From a virus (Duplodnaviria; Caudoviricetes), in IMG/VR virus record IMGVR_UViG_3300025715_000361, positions 1 to 64,000 of that record: DNA of 64,000 bases. One strand, written 5' to 3'. The notes beneath the pieces are model-generated. The model was not told the DNA's origin and made no database searches. It worked only from the letters and a program-made list of their open reading frames with translations. Positions 34,532-44,700 of the stretch are shown here, one piece after another. Each line of letters starts with the position of its first letter. The stretch's first letter is position 1. The translations under genes were made by a program, and so were the position numbers.

Positions 34532-34975
34532 ATGGCTTTTAGAATGAGCACAAGCCTGAAGGACTATCTTTGCACGGCAGGGATAGTTACAAATTTTGCC
34601 GGTACAACGGGAACTGGTGGAACTGCGGTACTGTATATCTATACGAACACGCAACCGGCAAGTGCGGACGAAGGTGATTGCGGAACCCTTTCCGGTACGT
34701 TCGGGACGATACTTGCGGTGATTGAAGGAATAGGGTGGGGCACTGCTCTAACCGGAACGTGTGCTTTTGCAACTGCGGGAGGGTATTCGTCAACGTCGAG
34801 AACTGCCGGGACAGCGGGATGGGCAAGGCTTGAGTGCATAAATGACAATGGTACTTGCCGTATCGATGGAAATGTAGGGACTGGGTTAGGAAATGTCTGG
34901 ACAATCAATCAGGCGATTTTTGCAACAAACGGGGAAACAGTCACTTTGACATCCGCAGATGTTTACATGGGGTAA
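34532..34975 (+). CDS. Gly/Thr-rich structural protein, paralog of 34067..34519
   Basis: MAFRMSTSLK...LYIYTNTQP...AGWAR...RIDGNVG. Confidence 0.7.
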   Translation: MAFRMSTSLKDYLCTAGIVTNFAGTTGTGGTAVLYIYTNTQPASADEGDCGTLSGTFGTILAVIEGIGWGTALTGTCAFATAGGYSSTSRTAGTAGWARLECINDNGTCRIDGNVGTGLGNVWTINQAIFATNGETVTLTSADVYMG

Positions 34976-35221
34976 ACCATGAATGTAGAAATCGTTATTA
35001 TTTCAAAAATGATAGGGAACCTTGTCTCTGGAAGTCCGACAGGTGGTGGAGGAGGATACTCATACTCACAGCAAGGTGGTCAAGGGGTTTCCATGTCAAA
35101 TATGGCATGGTTTCTCAAAAACGACAAAGGTTTCACGTACTGATTTGGTGGTCATTCTCCATCAGGTGGTGGAGGAGGATACTCTGGGTGGAATCCGGGT
35201 GTTGGGGCAATTGTTAGCGGA

Positions 35222-35854
35222 TTGAGGTGGAAAGCCATCTATGGGCAGTATCTTGTCCAAGGGGCATCTAATATTAAGACATTGCTGAAATTTGACAATG
35301 GTACGGGTGGATCATCCAATGTCGATATTGTTGATGAAGCGGGAAGAACTTGGACAAGGGAAGGCGGAGACAACACGGCTTATGTAAGCACAACTCAAGC
35401 AAAATACGGAGTATCGTCTTTGTATACTCCAAATGAGAAATATATCTCGGCTGAGTATTCCACAGATTTCTATTTTGCTGATGGAGACTTCTGCATAGAA
35501 ACGTGGGTTTACCATGTTGATACAAGCAAATGTTTTGTTTTTCAATGGGGCGATACGTCATCATATGGTTACAGGCTACAAACTCGCCCATATCATACGA
35601 TAGGGATAAGATTTGAAGTCGTATGGAATGATGGTGGAGATTCGCTGTGGGTGACTTACGATGATAGTGTGATTCAGGCAATTACCCACGGAGCATGGCA
35701 TCACGTTGCTGTATCAAGATATGGTGGAACGATCACATTGTATTTGGATGGCATTGCGGTGGCATCTGAAACTGCGGTAACAATGCCTGATGCGATATCT
35801 TGTAGTCAGCCCGATGATTGGAAATTTTATGTGACAAAACGGGAGGTTTTTTAA
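35222..35854 (+). CDS. LamG/concanavalin-A-like domain fragment; no convincing start
   Basis: GDFCIETWVY...WHHVAVSRYGGTITLYLDG. Confidence 0.6.
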   Translation: MRWKAIYGQYLVQGASNIKTLLKFDNGTGGSSNVDIVDEAGRTWTREGGDNTAYVSTTQAKYGVSSLYTPNEKYISAEYSTDFYFADGDFCIETWVYHVDTSKCFVFQWGDTSSYGYRLQTRPYHTIGIRFEVVWNDGGDSLWVTYDDSVIQAITHGAWHHVAVSRYGGTITLYLDGIAVASETAVTMPDAISCSQPDDWKFYVTKREVF

Positions 35855-37705
35855 GTGGCGTACTTACGATATGTAGATGAATTCTGCATAACAAAGGGCG
35901 ATTCCGTTTACACCGGAAATTTCACTCCTTCTGAAAAAACATATTCTGGTGGTGGGACATCTGGTTTCACTACTGCAAAACAAACAGGAAATCAAAACTC
36001 AGGATTGCTGGTTAGCCAATCAGATGTCATGGACATCAGCAAGGGTGATTTTACCATTGAGGTTCATTACTATGTAAATTCGATTTATCAAATGTGGGGT
36101 GGTGAGCCAGACCTTCGGTACAACATCATTGGGCAGTTTGAAGATTCAATGGTGGATTCTGCTTCAGACTTATCGAAAAATTGGTGGGCACTTGAATACA
36201 TAACTCATGATGACATGACAGCGGAAATCAGATTCCGTATATGGGATGATAGTAGCAATTCCTATATTGCGGATGTTTATTATCCGTTGAGCATGGATTG
36301 GGCAAGCTCATACACAAATTTCGAGAAAAATAATACCGATCCCGATCCGATACACATTGCAGTTGTTAGAAGCGGGAATGAAGTCCGACTTTTTGTGAAT
36401 GGAGATTATGTTGCTACAAGCATAGGATCAATATCCGATTGGGATACAATCACTTCAGAATTTCAAATAAATGGACAGCAAGCTTATTATGCTGAGGATT
36501 ATCCTTATAGTGTAACAAGCATCTCAGAATTGCGTGTTTTGAATTACGCTTTGTATTGGGATGAATTTGCCCCTCCGGAAACTTTTACGCAGTTGTCTGG
36601 CATTTTTGTTATGCCGAGAATGTTTGGCGTTTTGTTTATTGGCGATCCCGGTGACATGACGGGGACGTTCTCATTTTTACCAAGGTTTAATGCTTCGTTA
36701 TATTATGTTGGTGATGCCGGATCAGAAAATTATCCGCATCGTATGGATATTGTAAAACCTGAACTCGACATTGAGATAACAGGTCTGGTAGAGATATTCG
36801 GTCAGACAAGTGACGGACCGCTGGAAAAAGCTCCGTTGCAAATAGACGCAACCGGAATTGTTGGAATTGCCGGTTCTTGGTTTATTACGCTTCCAAATCG
36901 TGAGGCACTTTTAACAGGACGCATAAATGAGATTGGTGCGTTTTATGTGTCGCTTCCTTCCAGAGTACCGGAATGGGACGGCATCTATAATCCGACAGGA
37001 ACGATAGATGTCATTCTTTCAAAGGAAATAGATTGGGCAGGGATCATTTCCGAAATAGGCACAATCAATCTTTACCTTCCGAATCCTCGCATTTCAACGG
37101 AGGATTTATACGGAGCGGCGGTAGGCACTTCCGGAATCACAAAACCGGCTTTGCGTGCGTTATTTACGGGGTTAAGCTCAATCAGTGGAACAATGGGCGT
37201 TAGCATTCCCATGCTCCAATTGATTCTGGAATTTTCCCCGACTTCCTATATAAACCTTGTTTTAAACATTCGTGCATTCGGTCTTACGCAGTATTCTAAT
37301 TATGGATTCAATTCGATGTGTCGGTTCAATAACAAACATTTCGGTGCAAATGGCACAGCGATATACGATCTGGATGAAGGCGATACAGATGACGGCACTT
37401 TCATCAAGTGGAATTTCAGGTCTGGATATATCGATCTTGAACAAAAGCAGAAAAAGAAGCTCAAACAGGTCTGGATGTCGTACAAATCCAATGGAGATTT
37501 GATGATTACGGTAGTGCTTCCAGACGGTACGGAATACGAGTACGAGTTGGATGAAGTGTATGAGGATGAAACGGGGCTGAGGCTGAAATTTGGCAAAGGA
37601 ATCAGAAGCAAGTATGTTGCGATAGATGTGCGGAACACGGATGGAAGCGACATAACACTTGATGCGATGAAAATCATGATGGACAAGGCTGGAGCGGCAC
37701 GGTGA
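35855..37705 (+). CDS. tail protein with a LamG-like domain
   Basis: GTG start after GGGAGG; GDFTIEVHY...HIAVVRSGNEVRLFVNG...ISELRV; conserved-looking tail C-terminus. Confidence 0.7.
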   Translation: MAYLRYVDEFCITKGDSVYTGNFTPSEKTYSGGGTSGFTTAKQTGNQNSGLLVSQSDVMDISKGDFTIEVHYYVNSIYQMWGGEPDLRYNIIGQFEDSMVDSASDLSKNWWALEYITHDDMTAEIRFRIWDDSSNSYIADVYYPLSMDWASSYTNFEKNNTDPDPIHIAVVRSGNEVRLFVNGDYVATSIGSISDWDTITSEFQINGQQAYYAEDYPYSVTSISELRVLNYALYWDEFAPPETFTQLSGIFVMPRMFGVLFIGDPGDMTGTFSFLPRFNASLYYVGDAGSENYPHRMDIVKPELDIEITGLVEIFGQTSDGPLEKAPLQIDATGIVGIAGSWFITLPNREALLTGRINEIGAFYVSLPSRVPEWDGIYNPTGTIDVILSKEIDWAGIISEIGTINLYLPNPRISTEDLYGAAVGTSGITKPALRALFTGLSSISGTMGVSIPMLQLILEFSPTSYINLVLNIRAFGLTQYSNYGFNSMCRFNNKHFGANGTAIYDLDEGDTDDGTFIKWNFRSGYIDLEQKQKKKLKQVWMSYKSNGDLMITVVLPDGTEYEYELDEVYEDETGLRLKFGKGIRSKYVAIDVRNTDGSDITLDAMKIMMDKAGAAR

Positions 37706-39051
37706 CAGTACCGACAAGATATAAATGCTTCAGAGGGCCGGATAGTGCCGTTCCATTACTGGATGTTGTTGGAAATCTTTGTGTAAAAGCAAACGACTTA
37801 CCAAGTCCGTCAAGAATTTGGGCTGAAACAAACAGAGGGACGGTAGAAGTTTTGAAAACGGACAAGTTCGATTATGTATATACAAAATGGAAGAAAAGTA
37901 TGGCGGCGTTTTTTTTCTGGAATCCATGGACAAAGCTGACAGATATTTTCACTTCAAATTTGGATTATATTCAATCTTGGGGAATTGATTCCGAAGATGG
38001 GTACGTTGAAGTTAGCATAGGTGAGGAAGGGGTTTACCTGTACGTTGTAAAGGAGCATCCGTATCTTTACGCAAAATATAAGTTTTCATGGTCTGGACAG
38101 TATATATCGGGGCTTATTTACCCTTCAGGAGTACATGAAATCGCGTTTAGCGAATCTCCGGCATATAACATCTTGTGGATATGGTCTCCGGTGTGGGATA
38201 CTGACAACGGGATATTTAAACATCTTGCCGATCCACAAAAGCACGATGGCAGTCATCTTCAGGTGTTTTACTTGTATGAAAACTTGGTTTATACTGGGAA
38301 GTATCTCGCTTTGGATTGCAATGATACGCACTGGGAGCACATCATGGCAATGGAAATACGTGACAACCAAATTCATGCACTCCATTGGGAATGCGATATT
38401 GTTGAAGCAGAGGAGCTTGGGTATATTTATCCTCTTGACCCTATAACTTTTGAAAAGGTTGGGTATCCACGTTATTTGTATGACCACAGGACGGTAAAAA
38501 CATCCATCATCAAATACGATATGAATTTTACTGAAATTGAACGGGTTACATATGACGATAACACAGATTTCGAGTGGACTGGAGGCACTCCTTGGCCTTT
38601 AAGCTTAGAAATGAAAAAGTATCAATTCGTAGAGATTGAAAGATTTTATAACGAAGATACATGGCTAAAGTTTGGACATTTTTATGGCATTCCTGTTTTT
38701 TTGCATTACGATGAATATTCAAATCGGTATATTATTGATTATGATATGCCGCAATATTTCAGGTCTTGTCCGGTAGATTTTGCTTCAGATGAAGATGATT
38801 TAATCCTGCCATTGCAAGCCGCCATTGATGATCCACAGCATTGTTATCAATTTGACGGTTTAGGATGCAGGGAGGGGCATTTCTGGTATTGGCTGGGCCA
38901 TTATTTCCCTGTTGGAATACCTGACACAAGGGGTGAAATATACAAAATAGACCCAAGTGGAAAAAGTGAAGCGGTATTGCATGAGTATTTAACCCCATTT
39001 GAAGGATATTACGATAGAGGCACAATAACAGACGATAAGAATGTTAAGTAG
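37702..39051 (+). CDS. aromatic-rich hypothetical tail-module protein
   Basis: 449-aa ORF, start overlaps previous stop. Confidence 0.65.
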   Translation: MTVPTRYKCFRGPDSAVPLLDVVGNLCVKANDLPSPSRIWAETNRGTVEVLKTDKFDYVYTKWKKSMAAFFFWNPWTKLTDIFTSNLDYIQSWGIDSEDGYVEVSIGEEGVYLYVVKEHPYLYAKYKFSWSGQYISGLIYPSGVHEIAFSESPAYNILWIWSPVWDTDNGIFKHLADPQKHDGSHLQVFYLYENLVYTGKYLALDCNDTHWEHIMAMEIRDNQIHALHWECDIVEAEELGYIYPLDPITFEKVGYPRYLYDHRTVKTSIIKYDMNFTEIERVTYDDNTDFEWTGGTPWPLSLEMKKYQFVEIERFYNEDTWLKFGHFYGIPVFLHYDEYSNRYIIDYDMPQYFRSCPVDFASDEDDLILPLQAAIDDPQHCYQFDGLGCREGHFWYWLGHYFPVGIPDTRGEIYKIDPSGKSEAVLHEYLTPFEGYYDRGTITDDKNVK

Positions 39052-39060
39052 GAGGCTGTC

Positions 39061-40719
39061 ATGGCAGGATCAGCATTACAGGAAGTAGGAAACAACATGA
39101 CACAGATAAGTAGTTTGATAAAGCAAACCATGGCGGCGGCTACTAGTGCCGTAACATCATTGGGATCGTTGCCGTGGGGTTATGTAACTGGAGTTTACCA
39201 AAGTCCTGTTGGAACCATAGATTTTAAAACCCCAGAGCTTCCGCCAATGCCGGAAGCTCCGGGTTTTACCTTGTTACCGGGGCCATATTCTCAGAACAAT
39301 CCTTCACCACCAACAGCCCCCGGTGGTAGCCCCCCCAAAATACCGAATATTGGGAGTATCGGCATTCCAACGGACCCAACGGAGAATCCCGCATCTTTTT
39401 CGCCACCGTCAAAACCCACAAGGCGTTCTGTTGTATTCCCATCGCTTCCGGTGATTGATTGGGGTTCTTTTACAGCAACTAAACCTGACCCAATTGTAAT
39501 TACCCCAATACATCATTCCTTTTTGCTTGATGATATTTCTTCTGAAGATGAACTTGTTCCGATCATCCGAAACAGGCTTAAAAATAATATACTTTATGGC
39601 GGTACAGGTCTTACTGCCGCAGTTGAGGAGGCGATTTGGAAACGTGATCTGGAACGCAACGAATTACAGTTGCAAGACAGTATCGATAAGGCGACACAAG
39701 CATGGGCAAAGAAAGGATTTGTTTTACCGGATGGTATGCTTGCGGATACGTTGTCTGTTCTTCAAAAAGAGTACATGGATAAACTTCTTGATAGAAGCCG
39801 TGAAATATCGATCAAACAGGCAGAGTTGGAACAAACGAACATATTCAAGAGCATGGAGATAGGGATCAATCTTATCGCAACCTTGTTTGAGCAATTGTAT
39901 AAATATGAAGAGCTTTACTTGCGATGTCAGGAAGATTACGCAAAGTTTTCCAATGAATATATTGAGCTTCAAATCAAAGCACACAATGACATGGTTGAAA
40001 CCTATAAGGCAGAGGTTCAGATATATGAAATCTTGTTAAAGGCACAGATGGCAAAAGTGGAACTTTATAAAGCACAGATCGAAGGAGCGATTGCGGTAAT
40101 CACATTAAATGAAGCAGAAACCAAAATGTATATGGCAGAAATAGAAGCAGAGGTTAAACGGTACACTGGAATACTTGAAGGCAATAAAATTCGTGCCGAT
40201 GTGTTCTCTGCAAAATGTCAAGGTGCGATGGCAAAAGCAAAAATTGAGGAAGTCAAGATTCAGGCGTATGCGGAACAAGTTAAAGGGTACGTTGCAACAT
40301 ATGAAGCATATGCTGCAAGAGTAAAAGGATATGAAGCGGAGATGCTTGCGGAAAAAGCAAAAATGGAAGCTAATGCTGAACATTGTAGAGGACAGGCAAA
40401 TCTCATAAATGCCTTATCAGCTTATTATAATGCTGGCGTTTCTGCATGGAAAGCATCTGGAGATCATGCCATTGCATTAGCTTCAATGGTTAAAGATGCG
40501 AGTGCTTCACAGATTCATGCCGCTATTGAACAAAATAAGTCGTATGTAGCGGCGTCAGAGGTTGTTTCGAGAAGTATGCAGGGAGCAACTGCGGGATTGA
40601 TACAACGTGGTGTGGCTATTGCGAATGCCACAAGTTCCATGGCGGCGGGTGCAATGGCGGCACTTCATACTGCGGCATCTATTTCTTACGGAGAAACAAT
40701 GAGTCTGAAAGAGGCATAA
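39061..40719 (+). CDS. Pro-rich then coiled-coil structural/ejection protein
   Basis: 552 aa, AGGAGG RBS. Confidence 0.65.
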   Translation: MAGSALQEVGNNMTQISSLIKQTMAAATSAVTSLGSLPWGYVTGVYQSPVGTIDFKTPELPPMPEAPGFTLLPGPYSQNNPSPPTAPGGSPPKIPNIGSIGIPTDPTENPASFSPPSKPTRRSVVFPSLPVIDWGSFTATKPDPIVITPIHHSFLLDDISSEDELVPIIRNRLKNNILYGGTGLTAAVEEAIWKRDLERNELQLQDSIDKATQAWAKKGFVLPDGMLADTLSVLQKEYMDKLLDRSREISIKQAELEQTNIFKSMEIGINLIATLFEQLYKYEELYLRCQEDYAKFSNEYIELQIKAHNDMVETYKAEVQIYEILLKAQMAKVELYKAQIEGAIAVITLNEAETKMYMAEIEAEVKRYTGILEGNKIRADVFSAKCQGAMAKAKIEEVKIQAYAEQVKGYVATYEAYAARVKGYEAEMLAEKAKMEANAEHCRGQANLINALSAYYNAGVSAWKASGDHAIALASMVKDASASQIHAAIEQNKSYVAASEVVSRSMQGATAGLIQRGVAIANATSSMAAGAMAALHTAASISYGETMSLKEA

Positions 40720-40730
40720 GGGGGTGGATA

Positions 40731-41744
40731 ATGGGAGCATATGAGGATTTTCAGAAAGAACAAAAAGAATTGGCATCCGAAACTGTTGCAGGAAGGGATG
40801 ACAAGGCAAGATATGAGTTTTTCAATACGGAAACAAATGCTCCAAAGCCGGGAGAAGATATTAGGGCTGTAACAGCAAGGGCTGAAGCCGATGAAAGGGC
40901 ACGGTTTGGTGTAGGCACTCCAATGGGATCAACTGGAATACCGGCACCGGGAGTTCCTACCCCTGAAGCGAATTGGACGGCGGCAGATAGAAAAGTTGTT
41001 AGCGATACGAATAAATTTATTGCTGATGCAAGAAACAGGGTAAGCCCTGATACCGCAAAATCAGCGGATGAGCTTACTAAAAAAGTACAGTCCATGCCTG
41101 ATTTTGCTCCTAAATCAGAAGGATGGGAGTCAAAATATGGAATGTTCAGCAAGACATCGAAAGATGCAGAGGGAAATACAAAAATTTTAGGGCAGGGGAT
41201 AGGGAACGTGGGCGGCGATCTGAATTCGAAAATAGATTCCCTTGTGGATTCGCTCATGAACGATCCCAGAAATCTACAAACACAGGACATGGGCGGTGGT
41301 GTCATAAAAACAGGTGGATTGAAAGAGAGCGTCTTAAACAACATTGTTAGTTTGCGGAATGCCCAATTGGGTTTGAAGGGACATGAGATAACTGCGGAGG
41401 CGAGTTTGGACGCAAACAAGGCGAATCGTGAATTTACGCAAGCATATCGTGCTGAAAACATGGCACAAAGAAAAGATATTGCTGATGAAAATAGGCGTGT
41501 CAGGATGGATAACGAATTCGATAACCTGATGAAAACTTACGGAGAGGATAACATGGACAAAGGGCTGTTCATTCTTTCACAGAGGTCTGGGTACATTCCT
41601 GAAAAATATAGAGATAGGGCTAATGCGATGAATAAGGATTACACTATAAAATGGAATGCCTACGCACAAGACATGGCAAAGCAGGGAAAAGCTCCTAACC
41701 GTGAATTTTTTGAGCAAGATTACATGATGAGGACTTTCAAGTAA
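40731..41744 (+). CDS. probable internal virion (ejection) protein
   Basis: 337 aa directly before the giant protein; function from position only. Confidence 0.55.
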   Translation: MGAYEDFQKEQKELASETVAGRDDKARYEFFNTETNAPKPGEDIRAVTARAEADERARFGVGTPMGSTGIPAPGVPTPEANWTAADRKVVSDTNKFIADARNRVSPDTAKSADELTKKVQSMPDFAPKSEGWESKYGMFSKTSKDAEGNTKILGQGIGNVGGDLNSKIDSLVDSLMNDPRNLQTQDMGGGVIKTGGLKESVLNNIVSLRNAQLGLKGHEITAEASLDANKANREFTQAYRAENMAQRKDIADENRRVRMDNEFDNLMKTYGEDNMDKGLFILSQRSGYIPEKYRDRANAMNKDYTIKWNAYAQDMAKQGKAPNREFFEQDYMMRTFK

Positions 41745-41754
41745 GGAGTAAGGG

Positions 41755-44700
41755 ATGGATCAAAATAACCTTCCTATGGATGACGGTTCTGGGGTTAGAG
41801 GATTCTGGGACAGGATAGAAGGCAAAAAGAGCTTCGGTCTGTTCGGAAAAAAAGAACCGGAAAATATGCCTGTTCCTCTTTCTGCCGAAAAAGTGGAACC
41901 ACAACCGCCTTCTCCTGTTTCGCAAGCGGAACTTCCAATGGATGATGGAGCAGGGGTGCGTAATTTCTGGGCACAGCAAGAAAAGCCGAAAAGCTTCGGT
42001 TTAGGCGTTACGTCAAAAGAAATGCCGTCCAACATTGGACGGCGTGTTTTTGCTGATCCTTTGGTTGGTTTGACAAGGGGTGCGTTGGTTGGGATTCCAG
42101 AAGCCGCAACCGGACTATTGGATGTTGCCACTTTAGGGCAAGTAGGGTTTGGAAAAGCATACGAGAAAGCGACAACTGCCCTTGGACTTGGGGATTTCAA
42201 GTCGCAGAACGAATACTTTAATAAGTTGCTTTCTGATGAAACAAGAGAAGCCCAGAGGAAGGTAAGCGAAGCAAAAGGATTCATTGACACCACGTTTACC
42301 GCATTAACGAATCCATCCGCAATCGTACAGACTGTTGCTCAATCCATGCCGCCGATGATTGCCGGTGCAAGGCTTGGCGGGGCGATTGCCGGATTGACAA
42401 AATGGGCACCTGAGCTTATTGGAAAGGCGGCTGAAACTGAAGCGTTGGCGGCAAAAACCGCAGGGGTAAAAGAGGGAATCCGACAGGCGTTACTTGGAAA
42501 CCCGAAGGAAGCGGCGAAATTCTTCGAGGAAGGGGCAAAGAGAGCAAAGGATATACTTTCTCAAGGTGAAAAAGACATACTGAAAAGGTGGGCCACTATC
42601 GGCGGTATTGCTGAAGGTGCCGTGACAGCGGGCCAGAACCTATCGCAAGTGAGAGGGGAAGCACCTGAAGGAGAAGTAACCGCAACACAGGCTTTAACGA
42701 TGGGGTTTTCCGGTGCGTTAACTGGATTGATCGGTGTCGCTGGCGGTAGGCTTGCGGCACGAATGGGCATCACTGATTTCGATACATTAGCGGCGGCGGG
42801 CAGAAAAGGTTTTGTTGCTGATAAGGAACTTGGAATATTCAAGCGTCTGATCGGTGGTGCGATTCAGGAAGGTATTTTCGAAGAGCTTCCGCAGTCCATT
42901 CAGGAGCAGATGGCCCAGAACATCGCACAGGGTAAACCGATCTCAGAGGGAGCTCTTGAAGCCGGTGCGATGGGTATGCTTGCCGGTTTTGCCCAGAGTA
43001 TGGGAGTTAATGTTGCTCAAAAAACATGGGAAAAAGCACGTGCGAAATCCGATCCCACTACCCAGAAACTTGATGAAGATATAAAGAAACTGAACCTTGA
43101 TTTCGGCGGCATCATGGATGTGCCGGAAGCATTGGAGACAAAAGATTATAAATCGACATTTGGAATCACTCCAAAGGGTTTTACCCCCACGGAAATTCCT
43201 CCTACTACGCCCCCTCCCTCTACCCCTCCCCCGGCCGGTGGAGGCGGTGGTGAGAATCTGGGCGGGGTTGGCATGGCCCCTACTGCTCCTTCTGGAGCAC
43301 CGAGGACGGTAGATGAGGTGTTTAAGAGGTTGGCTGAGGGAAGAGAGGGCGTTCCCCCGCTTCTTACTGAAAGAACTGGGCAGTTACAGCAGGGTGAGGT
43401 TGAGGGTAAACCGCAAGTTAAAAAGGCTGTTCCCGGTGAAGGATTGGGTGTTGGAAGGAAGAATGTAACGCCGGAGGAATATGCCGGTGGATTAACCCCA
43501 ATTGAAAAGAAAAGATTTGAGACAAGAAAGGAAGAAGCGGCAAAAAGACTTGCCAATCCAAAACGAGGAACAAAGGAAAAAGCCGCAAAGGATGTTGCTG
43601 AAAGCGGGTATGAATACAACCCCGCTGTAATGGTTGATGGAAAAATTTACACTTACGGAGCAAAACCTACACCGGCAGAAACGAAGAAAGGTTTGCACGG
43701 CCCTATCATGGACAATATCCCCGGTGTTCGAGGGGCAAAAGATGTGCAGACGGGATATGTCGATAAAAATGGTAATTTTCTGCCAAGACTTCCAGAAAAA
43801 CCAGTAGAATCACCAGTAAAGGAAGCACCGGCAAAGGCAGAAGCTCCGGTTGAACCGGCAAAGGTAGAAAATGCCGTAAATCTGAGAGATAACGATGTTA
43901 TTGATTCAGTTGTAACAGTTTTAAAGAGCAAGCAATTCCGTTTCGGTGCAGAGGAAGCAAAGGCAAGGGTAAAGACCGTGATCGGGCAGATCGGAAACGA
44001 TCAGGTTACAATGGACACTCTTTTGAAGTCCTCAATTGCCGGAAAATACGTAAAGCCAACAACGAAAGCAACAATTCCTCCGGTTACTTCTCCTGTCGTA
44101 TCTGCTGAAGAAGCGACAAAGAGAAGGCAAGAATTTGAAAAATCCATAGAGAAACCAGTCTCTTCAGAACCGAAAGCAATTGAAGCTCCAGTAACTCCGG
44201 TAACTCCGGTTAAACCGAATCTTGAAGCGGCATCAAAGGTTCTGCGTGAACAAACGCAAAGCAAGAAAGATTTTAATACCAAACTGGAAAGTGCCGCACC
44301 GGGAACCACGTTCACAATTGCCGAAGGGAAACACGCTGGAACATGGACGAAACTGAAGAAGGTATGGAAACATGAAAAGGGAATGACTGTTTCCAAAGAT
44401 TACGGAAAACTGTTCGGGAACCGTGATGAAATAGAGAAAACGCTTACATTGCCGCAAGCGAAAGCTCCGACAGCCGGAAAAATGAAAGGGCCGCAAAACC
44501 TTGTGAGCTACATACAGTCCCTTGGTCATTTAAAAGCAACCGGAGACCTTGCAAGCAAAATGGGTAGTCAGCGGTTTGTAAAAGGAAAGGGATGGGTGAC
44601 TACCGGGAAGATGACCGTAAAGGAACAAGCAGACCTTGGTAAAGTTGTAAGGATTGAGGGGAAGCTTAATCTCGATGAGTTTGTTCAGGATTTGCATGAA

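Larger units (their letters stand above)
34979..37705 (+). other. single 909-codon frame with two in-frame stops; LamG/ConA-like tail protein, split or interrupted
   Basis: ATG 34979, TGA 35141-35143, TAA 35852-35854; ORFs 35222..35854 and 35855..37705 are in the same frame. Confidence 0.6.

Noticed and set aside
34979-37705. Genome-wide stop-codon reassignment
   Set aside because: TAA, TAG and TGA all terminate well-defined genes elsewhere (terL TAG, portal and MCP TGA, scaffold TAA); the two interrupting stops differ.
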